From assembly GCF_001194135.2 (NCBI RefSeq), contig NC_068985.1:40564646-40628645 (forward strand): 64,000 nt of DNA, written 5' to 3'. This DNA comes from Octopus bimaculoides (lineage: Eukaryota). A program made the translations under genes and the position numbers. Shown here in pieces: positions 38,701-50,270 of this stretch. The notes beneath the pieces are model-generated. The model worked only from the letters and a program-made list of their open reading frames with translations. It was not told the DNA's origin and did not search any database. Numbering within the stretch: the first letter of the stretch is position 1; every line of letters starts with the position of its first letter.

Positions 38701-41700
38701 TAAATCTTAAACAATCTTGATATGTATTATAGCTGTCTCCTTAATAAAGTAGTGGGGTGGGTTTTTAGATTCCTATTTTAGTTCACTATTTGTCTTGTCT
38801 ATTAAAGAACACACTCAAAGATTCTGTCACTTTTAATATTACACCTATTTTCTTTAACCCTTTAGCAATCGGATTACTCTGTCAAATGTCATTTTCATTT
38901 ATTCACATTGTTTTGAATTAATCATGCATTATTTCATAGCTTTGAGATTTCAATGATGTGATTGTTTATTTTTAGAATAACATAATAAAGGTAGGTGTTA
39001 GAGGCCAGATGTGCTTGCTTTTATAATCTTTTGTTTAAGACTCTGACACACTCAACTGTTTCTTATTCCATGATATCATTCCCCCATGTCTTTATGTACT
39101 GAAATATCAATTATTTCACATTGCTTGATTTTTTTTCCACAGCAATATCAACTCTCTTCATATTCTTTTCGCCACATTAGATGGTTAAATTTTAAAGGAC
39201 TTTGAGTTCTTTAGATGCTGTTTACTATTATTAAATGCTAGATAAAATGACTTGTAGTATTTAGTTATGGCCCTTATGTTTTGAGTTCAAAATCCCAATG
39301 AGGTCAGCTTCATCCTTCCAAAAATATTAGGATTAATATAATCAACTATACCTTTGTCCTTAAATTTGTGGCCTTGTTTAAGATTTGAGGGAGATAGCTA
39401 CTATTTCTAGCAGTTTGACACATTTGTTTAACCTTGTTGACACCAAATAATAAATCTTTCTACTATAGGTAGAAGGCCTAAAATTTTAATGGGGAAGGGG
39501 GTTAGTCTGTCACTTCATTGTATTGACCCCAAAAAAGATGAAAGGCAAAAAAAAAAATCGATCTTGGCAGAATTTGAACTCGGAACATAAAGAGAGACGA
39601 AACACTGCTAAGCATTTTGTCCAACATGCTAACAATTTTGCCACCTTGTTGTTGTTGATGATGATGATTATTATTATTATTATTATTGCAACAAACGGGC
39701 AGAATCGTTAGCATGCTGAGTAAAATGTTAAGCAACATTTCCTCCATCTTAATGTTCTGATTTCAAATTCTGTTGTGGTTGACTCTACCTTTCGTCCTTT
39801 CAAGGTCATTAAATTAACTACCAGTTGAGTACTGGGATCAATGTAATCGATTTACACCCTCCCCAAAGTTGCTGGCCTTGTGCCAAAATTTGAAACTATT
39901 ATTATTCATCATCATCATTTAACGTCCATTTTCCATGCTGGCATGGGTTGGACTGAAAGCTGGAAAGCTGCACCGAGTTCCAATCTGATTATTATCATCA
40001 TCACTATTATTTCTGAGAACAACAAACTGGCAAAATCATTAAAACACCAGAAAAATTGCCTTGCAAGGTCAACTTTGTCTTTCATTCCTCCAAGATCGAT
40101 AAAATTAAGTACCAGTCAAGTACTTGGAAGTTGATGTAATTGACTAATCCTTTCTCCCAAATTTCAGGCCTTGTATCAGAACCTATTATGGTTATTATTA
40201 TTCTTACTAAAGTGGTCAGTTGGCTGAATAGTTAGCACCTACAGCAAAATACTTAGTGACATTTCTTCAAGTTCTTTACATTCTGAGTTGAAATTCCGTT
40301 GTGGCTGACTTTGCCTTTCATCTTTTCAAGGTTGAAAAAATAACCAGTCAAGCACTGGGGTCAAGGTAATCAACTTACTCACTCCCCTAAAATTTCAGGC
40401 CTTGTGCCTTTATTAGAAGGAATTGTCATTACTATCATTTTTATTATTATTGGCAGAAATGGTATTTAGTTTCCTCGATGTAATCCACCTGGTTTCACTT
40501 TGCCTTTCATTCATCCAAAGTTTGTCAAAAGTAATAAATTCCAGTAACATACTGGGGTCAATGCTAATCAACTAATACATATACATACATACATGCACAC
40601 ACACACACACCTTCCCCTACAAATTTGTGGCTTTGTGCCAGAGTTAGAAATCATTATTAGTACAGACCCTGTTGTTGTTGTTTTTTGTCCCTTTTCTGTC
40701 TGTCAGAATATAAAGAAGGCATTGTAAGTGATTGAGAGATGTTAATCTCTCACTTAAATGGAGAAAGACTACTACAAATTACAGTGGTTGTGGAAAAAAA
40801 AAAATAATTGCAATTTTTTTTTTTTTTTTTTGATATTCCAAATTTATTACATATTTAATAAGCATGACATTGCATTGAAAAAAATAAAAAAATATATCAA
40901 ACATTATCAAAATTGTTTTTAAAACTAAATTTACTTCAAAGATGACGTAATTATATCTTCCAATTTGCTCAAATAAATCCAGCTTTACAATTAAATAAAT
41001 CACCAAATTGATCATAAATCATACATTTTATGTTTTATCTCAGTATTAAACATAAGATGATTGAGCTGTCAAGATTATATTTTCATTTATTTTTTTAAAT
41101 TATTAATCCATTTTTACTGTTTGTTTATGTTATATATATTTGAAGGGAAACTGATGTTAGTTGCAGTATAGGATTTTTTTCCTCTTCTTTCAATTTTGAG
41201 GTGTTCTATTGAAAATTGTTAACACCTACCTAAGTCTACACAAATTAATTTGGAAAAGAAGAAAAGTATTACATATTTCTTTTCCTTTGGTTATCAAATT
41301 ATCTCCCAAAATTAAAAAAAAATAATAAATATGATGAGAACAATATTGGAATTACTTTAATTTTTTTTAGAAATAAAATTGCTGAAACATAAAAATAATT
41401 TCTACCTTATGTGCAGTCATGTTAGCAGATGCAATATTGAAATCCTGCTAGCTTTCTTGCATATGTGACACTGCATAAGGACTCCCTCCTTGTTGACTTC
41501 AGCTATTGTATCATTCATTTCAGAGTTAACTATTTCTCCATTGATTACAAAACTGGACTTGACACTTCATTAATGTGTGTGTGTGTGTTAGAATAGTTTA
41601 GTTTTTATAAAGCATTGTCTGATGTATATAAATATTTTAAGCCAAAACATGGTAAATTATAAAAAAATTAATAATACAGGTCAGTGGTTTGCACTTTTAT

Positions 41701-43989
41701 CTAGTATTTCAATAGGGTTAGGATCCCTTCTTCAGGAAATTTATGAAGAAATTAGTTATCAGCACCTTTTTTCCATAAATTTTGGGTCCTAGTCCAGAAA
41801 TATTGAAATGCCAGGAAATAGAAAAAACCACCAACCTGTATTAATTTTTTTACAATTTGCATTGTTTTGGCTTTAAAAAAATATTTGAAACAATTGTGGA
41901 TGTGTGTGTTCATGAAGGTGCATGACCAAGTAGTTGCACTGACACTTGCAAGATCATGGTTTTGGTTCCCAGAGCAGGCAGTGTCAGCATCTGATATGTG
42001 GCACACTGTGCACCTGTACAGGTAATGTTGATTTGATGGAGGGAGGGAGTTCATGTACAGCACAAATATTTGGTCACTATAAACATGTTGTTCAACAAGA
42101 AGGTGTGGAACCCTCCTCTGGTATTTACGACAGGAGACTCCACCACATTCCATAGCCTTACATTACAAAAATTTTAAGGAAATGGACTTCTAATGCAATG
42201 AGGTTATACAAGAGCATAGGCTTAGACTTAAAAGGGAGATAATTTCTGAAGAAATTTGAAGTGTAACTTTTGATGAAAATCGCTCCTATTCTGCAGTTAT
42301 TTCTAATGTTTATTTAACTTTTGAATGTTCTTTGTTGCTGCTATTGTTGTTGTTGTTGTTTCCTCTTCCATATTTATTGCATATCTGTGACATTTTTTCT
42401 TTCAATAAAAATAAAACAAAACAAAAAAAAAGAGCAACAACTATGTACTGAATGTTAAAACATGAAATAAAATATTTATGCTTTTGGTGAAGCAACACAC
42501 CTTTATCCTTGTTGATCTATTATATCTAAACTAGTTTAATACCGATAAAAGAAATGATGGTAGTTGTTTCTGTCTCCTTCAGTAACTCTCAATCTTTCTG
42601 CTTCAATGTTTGCTCCATTTTCTTCTTGTTTCATTTTCATTTCATTCAATTCTCATTCTCTTTTTTTCTTCAATCCTTGGTTCTGTTTCTTATTGTGTTA
42701 AGACTTCTCTGCAATTCATACTGAGCATTGATTTCTCCTTCTTATAATCTTCATCTTTATGAAGTCTGAAGCTAAGAAATTTCTCACTGACTGAGAACTT
42801 CTTCCAATAGACTCATAGGTAAAGGTGTATGTAAACAGCTACATCATGGACACCCTGTCCAAGGTTCACAACTGCGAAGGTGTAGCTAAGGTTTTTTTTT
42901 TTGTTTTTTTTCATCTCTAGAAAAATAAAAAATTTAAACAAGGCTCCCATGTTATTCCTGGTTGAGATTGAAACCTCACCTTTATATTATGTTTCTACTT
43001 ATCAACAGCTTTATCTAGAAGGCTATTGAAACACCAAGAATGACCAGTTTAAAAATGGGATATTTTAGCACATTTTTATAATTGGCTATTGAGGATATAA
43101 GAATGATTTGAGGGAGATTTGGTTGCTATTTTAAAACTTTGCATGCACACACAGCTACTATATTTCTTTGTTCACATCAGATCAGTCCTAATCTACCAAA
43201 TCTTATAATTAAAGACACTCCTGCTACAACCATCTCTAGCTACCAGAAATCTCATTTAATTACTCTTCTACAATCATTATAAAAGGTATTATTTAAACAA
43301 TTCAGTTCCTATCACCTCAAGAGATAACTGAAACAAAGGAACAACTTTAGTTAAAAAAAGAACTTCATTTAAAATTAATAGTGTTCGAACCTCAACCAAC
43401 TTTTCGGTGAAAGAAACCTACAAAACCAACAAGACAACTGCCACAAAAAGAGTTGAAAATAAGATAATTCAATAGTTTGATTGAGAAAAAGTTGAAAACA
43501 TGAGTAAAAATAAATCTAGAACCTAGCTGTGTGTGGCTGAATGTCCCAGTTATGTCTAAGTTGATATCTATGATTAAATTCTAGTATATTCCATTATTTC
43601 TTAGTTCCTTCAACATCACAACATTGTTCATTGACCTTTCTGAATATTTATTTGTGTGTGTATATATATTTTTTCTTGTCCCTTTAAGAATATGAAATTA
43701 GGAGGAGTGGATTCCCAGTCCCTTCGCTCCTGCCTCTTGCACCACGCAGGGAATATGGCAACTGCATTCTACCGAACCCCCCCCCCCCAGGCGCAGGCAG
43801 GGTTTGCTAGTTAACCCATAGCTGGGAACCTTATAGAGTAGACCTGGGAACAATAGTGGCTAAGCGGTGGTTCCACTCTCTTCAAACCCTTGAAACCAGG
43901 GTCCCACTACCGGATGTAGTTTATAGTCATACCCAGTGGGGTTGGCTGAGGAAGTGGGATACAGAGTAATGGAGGGAGTAAGATACTTG

Positions 43990-44670
43990 GAGTTGTGAAA
44001 AGTATGCAGAGAGCTAAACGGTTGAGCATGAAAGTGAAAAGAGTTGTGTATGAGAGCATGATTGTGCTGACAATGTAATATGGTGCAGAGACGTGGAGGC
44101 TAAGAGAGGTGGAAAGGGGGTGACTAGATGTGTCTGAGGGCTATGGTTAGTGTGACATGGATGGACAAGATGAGGAATGAGGAGGTGCGAAGGCGAGCAG
44201 GAATGAGAGAAAAACTAACGACCAAAATGGATAGACGAATTTTGAGGTGGTTTGGCCACATGAAGCAGATGGTAAGGCAGAGGTGGTAGGCAACAGAACC
44301 AGAGGCAGACCTTGGTTTGTGTGGATAGATGGATGGAGTGACGAAAGCTTTGGTGGTTAGGTGTTGGAGTGAGAGAAGCATGAGAGTTTATAAATGATAG
44401 GAAAGCTTGGAGAATGTTTGTGGACAGATGAGTGAATTTGATGTTGCTCAAAAGGGTACAGAACCAGCATGATGCACCGGGGGTAAACCAGCATATGCTG
44501 TCAGGCCCCGCTGCTGACATCGGGAGTTGCATTCTCTGCCTTGACCCAAGCATATAACGGGGCTCGACTCTTTAAGCTAGGAAATGAATGGAATGCCTGG
44601 TGTGTGACTTGTGGCTACCCACTCCTAAAAAAATGGGGAACTGGCCTGGGTATATAAAAAAATATATATA
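43990..44670 (+). mobile_element. RTE-clade LINE 3' fragment (different subfamily), degraded
   Basis: VYESMIVLTM*YGAETW...RNEEVRRRAG...RRILRWFGHM across broken frames. Confidence 0.72.
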
Positions 44671-44859
44671 TATAGGTGAGTTGGGCAAAGACTAAGCTGA
44701 TGTGTTAGTGGTGGCCTGACCCTCCCCCTCTCTATATTGGCCGACATCATGAAGTTTGTCAGCTCCTTCATCTACTGGGCTCCACAGTTACCAACAATGG
44801 AGACCAGACCTGGAGTCATGTACTTCCTATGGAAGCCCCTTTGGTGCCACTGTAAAGTG

Positions 44860-45780
44860 ATAGGGAGAAATGGTAACCCTGAACTCAATGTGAATGGAGA
44901 GGCCTCACTAGAGTTCTGTGCTGTACACCTTCCAGATCAGGGATATCCTGGTATAGGGATACTTTGGAACAGATGTCACTGATAGATTTTGTTATCATCT
45001 CTGACCTCTGTGATTCTGTACTGGACGTTTGTGTAAAGAGAAGGATGAAGCTATTAACTGATCACCACCTAGCTGTCTGCAATGTGAGACTATCTACAGC
45101 AGGGAGAACACACAAAACTGGTACGTCCAATGCAACTGACAGGGTAAAGTGGGAAGCCCTGGCAGATGATAGGATCAGAAACAAATATGTATCTAAATTC
45201 AGAGACCTACCTGAACAAACTAAAGTTATTGAAATGGAGTGGGGATTGTTTTGTTTGGAAGTTTCTTCTTCAACTGTATAATGCTGTGAACAAAAGCGGC
45301 TTAACCAGGAAGTTAAAAATATCATCTAAGCTAAGAAGGGAGCTTACAAAGCTTGGCTTGGAAACAAGTCTCGCCTTCTATGCAGGTGGTATACTGAGAC
45401 ACAAAAAATTACAACAGAGACAGTGAAAACGTCCAAGGAAGAATTTTGGAGTTAAGCTGGACTTTGACTTTAGATTGACCATTAGAGTATCCTGGCAGAC
45501 CATTCACCAACTTCGTAGCAAGAAGCTCTCTTCTATGCCTGCCATGAAGAACTCAGCTGCAGTTATTCTCTCAACAGAGAAGAGCATTTTGGGAAAGTAG
45601 AGGGAAAATTTTGCAGATCTAAAATCTTCTGGTGGACACAAGGTATCATCTAGGGGTCAAGAATAATGTCAGAGGCTGAAGTCATAGAGGTGATTAAAGT
45701 GCTCAAATGCAGCAAGGCCACTGGAGAGAATGAAATTCAGTTTGAGATGTAAAAAGCCTTCAATAAAGAAGGTATATTGA
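44860..45780 (+). mobile_element. RTE-clade (Expander/Rex3-like) LINE fragment, AP endonuclease to start of RT
   Basis: VIGRNGNPELNVNG..LEFCA, SLIDFVIIS..VLDVCVKR...TDHHLAV and EAEVIEVIKVLKCSKATGENEI motifs with stops and frameshifts. Confidence 0.78.
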
Positions 45781-45814
45781 ACTCTTATTTCCCTCTATTT
45801 AACCATCTCACATC

Positions 45815-45862
45815 ATTTCTGATGAAGGGATATCCCTAATATCTCAGAAACAGCTATAAGAC
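45815..45862 (+). ncRNA. Degenerate minimal hammerhead-like motif of Penelope-like element type
   Basis: CTGATGA (45819-25), 7-bp stem GGGATAT/ATATCTC, GAAAC (45847-51), near-palindromic ACAGCTAT, then AGAC. Confidence 0.45.
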
Positions 45863-46037
45863 TTTTCTCTTTATAAATGTCCTGAAAATTCCACGAAGCC
45901 TTGGCTTATTTAACATATACATGCTCATACAAGACTCGCATCAGACTCTTCACTCATATTATCAAACCAAGAGTTTAACTTCGGTCCTTCCATAGCACTT
46001 ACCTGCCACCTTGGGTCTTCTGGATACCAATACCTCT

Positions 46038-46071
<34 letters not shown>

Positions 46072-47254
46072 TTTATAAAAATTACTTAATGCAGTTAAGT
46101 ATAAAGAGGATTTTTTTAAAAAAAGTTAGAAAATCTTTTATCGGGATATTACTAAAACTTTTTTGGGGAAGAAGTTCTTTTCCTAGTGTGAGAGCACTTT
46201 CAATTAACCTTATATATATATATATATATATATAAATATTCTTTCAGCCTCCTCACTCATCCACTTCTCTCAAGAGACAGACACCTGTCAAATGTGAGTG
46301 CAGACAGGTCTTTAGTAATGAACATACATTTCACATGTGTGATTTTCTTATTGAGTATTACACTCATATATCACTCTCTACTCTGGTGTTGCATACTCTT
46401 TTAAGTTTGTAATTTCTAGCATACACACATCTATATTCTGCTAACATATCCCTTCCCTTTGTTGAAACAAACACTTCTATTAAGTTTGGTGGGGAGAAGG
46501 GGTTTGATATTAAACATAAATTCTTGCATTTTTACATGCGCAAGTGAGGGAGAGAGCAATGAAAATGCCATCTTTATGTGAAAGGCTGAAATACTGAAAA
46601 GTCAACAAACCTAATTGCTGCTTTTAAGTCAAATCTCAGATTTTGGAGGGCATTTTTTTGCAGTTCAAACGGAGCAAAAAGAATTTTAAGAGTGGAAATT
46701 ATGACATTTGACAATTAACTTTATGCCACTGGGAGATTTTGTTTCTTCTATTTGCTGGAATTCAAGTAACCACATACAAACTGTACCAATTTCTGGCCTT
46801 CCTATATATATAGTCTAATACCAATGAGTATTGGACTACATGTTGCCCAGTTTTTACTCATTAGTACCAGGCAGGCAACCAAGGGATTAAAAGTTCACAT
46901 CTGGTCGCTAACATTTTTGTTACATCTATGGCCAACACATTTGACTCAGTTCAGAGCACCCTGTAAATGAAATTTGGTAAAGAGAAAGTGTACAGAAACC
47001 CGACAGAGGGACTGATGATAACCTTAATCTGTCACCTAGTTTAACACCACTTCATGGCCTTTGAATACTTTTTAGATTCCACTCTGTTGCAAGCAGTTCA
47101 AGGACAATTTCCTTTCACCAGTCTTAGCACCTCTGAAAAAAATGGTCATATATAATGCTGATAGAGCAGATTTATGGTAGGTCCCCGACCAACTTTGTAC
47201 AATCCAAATTTTCCATACCTCTGCAATTCACCACGCCAAGTAATCAGAATTACA

Positions 47255-47465
47255 CGCTTCTTATTTCTTTATTGCCCACAAGGGGCTAAACATAGAGGGG
47301 ACAGACAAAGGGTTTCAGTCAATTAGATCGACGCCAGTTCGTAACTGGTACTTAATTTATCGACCCCGAAAGGATGAAAGGCAAAGTCGACCTCGGCAGA
47401 ATTTGAACTCAGAACGTAACGGCAGACGAAATACCGCTAAGCATTTCGCCCGGCGTGCTAACGTT
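47255..47465 (-). mobile_element. SINE family B, young CpG-rich copy
   Basis: Reverse complement closely matches 54175-54400. Confidence 0.85.
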
Positions 47466-50232
47466 TGTATAGCATCAGATCAATCTAGTCACAAGGTATT
47501 CAAATTATAACTGTCTACTTCAGATGGTGGAACTAAGATACACATAGAAAGTTCCAGATAGTATACAATCTAAGAGATTATATATCGGCAGCAGCGTAAA
47601 TGTAAGGGACATAACTCGAGTCAGATTTTACCAAAATTTGTTGCAAGTAGGTCATTTCTTTACTACTTAATCTGGAGCAAGCAGAGTTACTTACCTTCCT
47701 GAATGCAACGAGACTTTTGAACCTATAGCAACCATACAAGCTTTTGTAAATCTATATGATTTGGAATGTAAGAATGACTTTCTCCTTTAAATATTTGCTG
47801 TAATTGAACTTTGCTTATTGGTATTTGCAACGCAACTGGACCAGTATTTTTACCAGGATTACTACTCATGTTTATGGAAAGAGTGAAGTTTAATAATATG
47901 CACAATTTTCTAGCCAAACTGATTTTTTTTTTCCTGGCTAGTAACTTTTTGTGTAACCCTTAATACTGAATTGAGAAAATACTGCCATGTAATTTACTCT
48001 GACGAAGCACTACAAGTATGCAATTCTTGTAGAAGATTTTATTTCAGAATGTGTTACCCTGAGGAATATAGACATTTGGAATAAATAATAGATCTAAGAA
48101 TATTACTCGAAATGGGTTGTTCTGAATATTCAAAGAAGAAACTAATAACTATAAATATGCCTACACTATGCCAGTCTTGCAGCGGTATGACAAAAATGGT
48201 TCAAGTGCCAACTTAGGATCCATTAGCAACATTGAAGAATCCAGCACCCTACAGCTTTTCCTCTTACCAAATCGCTATGAATACAAAATTTCACTACAGC
48301 GTCATTCTGAATGATGACAGATTTGCTGTTTAGTTCTTTCACTGCACTACTCCCCCTAAAATTGTGTCAGTTCGTAAGATATTAAAGTAGGAACCCTAAC
48401 TACACAACCTCTCCTGATACATTACTCAAGCCCTTCATTCCCCACAGAGGATAGGCCATCAATGACTATTCTCCAATTATTTTGAATTACCATCAAGGAT
48501 TCTGTAACATTGCTACTGTCTAGGTCTGGGTGTTGGCCCCAACAGAAGTCCATTTTTACCTCTGAGAAACGGGTCTATGTTGGACTAGCCTCTATCTTTT
48601 GACATGTCCAAAGTGGGAGACCTTACCAGGATCTTGCATGCCAGTAGAATAGTTCTCTCAGTCAATGAGGTACACATCAAAGAATCTTGTAGCAAACTAA
48701 TTCTTTTGAGGTCCTAATTTTCATCCAATCCACTGGTTTTATTCCTGTCATACATCCATAGTATCAAGAACACTTCACAGTCTGTTACCCATGTCACCTT
48801 CATGAACAATTTTCATGCAACACTAGAATTTTTATTTCGAATGCCATCTTGAAAGTTTCAACAGGTTCAAGCTTAAATTTACTTGGTACCATCCAACTCA
48901 TACAATATACTGTCCTCACTTCTCAATAAAAAGGATTGAATGACACTGTTCCACATTTCCCTGTTGGTGGGGTCTCAATACCTTCAACCTGATACTTTTC
49001 CTGAACCTCCAATTCCTCTTTCAAAGAAATAGAGACAACAGCTTCTTTAAACCCTGCTTCAGCATGTCCTTTCACCACCAGTGCCATATCTGAGCTTCCA
49101 GTTCATATTTCCAACTATTCCAATTGTATTTATCTACTGTACTGAATATTGATATTGTATTTATAGATAAGGTTACAGAATTTTTAAGTCCTCATTCTCT
49201 TGAGCAAGTCCCAAACACTTCACAATGCAAGTGGATTTGTGAAATTCAAACCAATTCTATTATTTCAACAACCTTCTTAAGTTTCTTTTAAAATCTACAC
49301 CAAATAGTAATATTAACTTTAAAAAGATTCAACTTTTGTCATTTTTGAATAAAACTTGCAACTAAAAGCAATTTTTCAAAGTGCTCTAGTAAATCAATTT
49401 CCAGTTAAAAAATTTAAAAAAGAAAAAGACTGGTGGAATATTGTATGTTGATTTATTTGAAGACAGTTATAAGGGAGGGATGGGCAAGTAGCCACTAAAG
49501 GTTTACTTACAGTAAAATATCGAATAAGTTTTATCAGAAACTTTCAATGAAAGTCACTAGTCAAAAAAATAGTGTGAGAAGCTTGCTGTATACAAACAGC
49601 TGCTGAAGGACAATGATCAATGGATGAAATGTATAGATGGCCGTGTGCTTCATTCATCTAAAATAGGAGTAACATTAATTGTAGCCTCCCCTGTAAGATC
49701 CACCCCAACCACCATAATCACTGCTGCCTGAAAATAAAGTTATAGAAGGTAAAAAAATATTAGGATATAGAAACCACAAGACTATATATCCTGGTTTCAT
49801 TACTGAACATAAAACACTTTCGTAATTAAAATTGTATGCTTAAAACTATGTTAAATATATGAAAACTAAAGATTACTCACTTTACAATATTCAAAGTTAA
49901 AAACATAATAGATCACATAAATGCTAATGTAACATTACAGCAGTTATAAAATGGTTACATGTCAATATTTACAAAATATAAACCCAGTTACAAGAAAATA
50001 AGGATCTAAACAATATTTATATTATACTTTTGAATTAGACATGAATAAGCAGTTCAAGAGAGGAAGTAATTTAACAGGTAACTATACTTTAAAATTTGCA
50101 TGTTAGTGCAGCGTAAATTTAGCAGCAACATGTATATTATATACATTTAGTTGTAAACCTTGATTTATTCATATCTGATATTCATATCCTACACTTCAAG
50201 TTAAAAAACTGTTCAACTCACCAAGTGTATTT

Positions 50233-50270
50233 TTACCAGCTGGTTCTGTTCTGTCTCCTCCGTTTGTTAT
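50233..50270 (-). CDS. Alternative C-terminus B (likely terminal exon), DNKRRRQNRTSW*
   Basis: Long pyrimidine tract plus aacag acceptor, phase 1 compatible with the 52218 donor, basic NLS-like motif, followed by AT-rich UTR-like sequence. Confidence 0.72.

Noticed and set aside
39455-39885. Head-to-head SINE-B pair that could form a hairpin
   Set aside because: The copies are strongly diverged and intergenic, with no evidence of transcription; expected at this repeat density.
47999-48090. CTGACGA and CTGAGGA hammerhead-like starts
   Set aside because: No intact GAAA(C) after the stems; too degraded to call.
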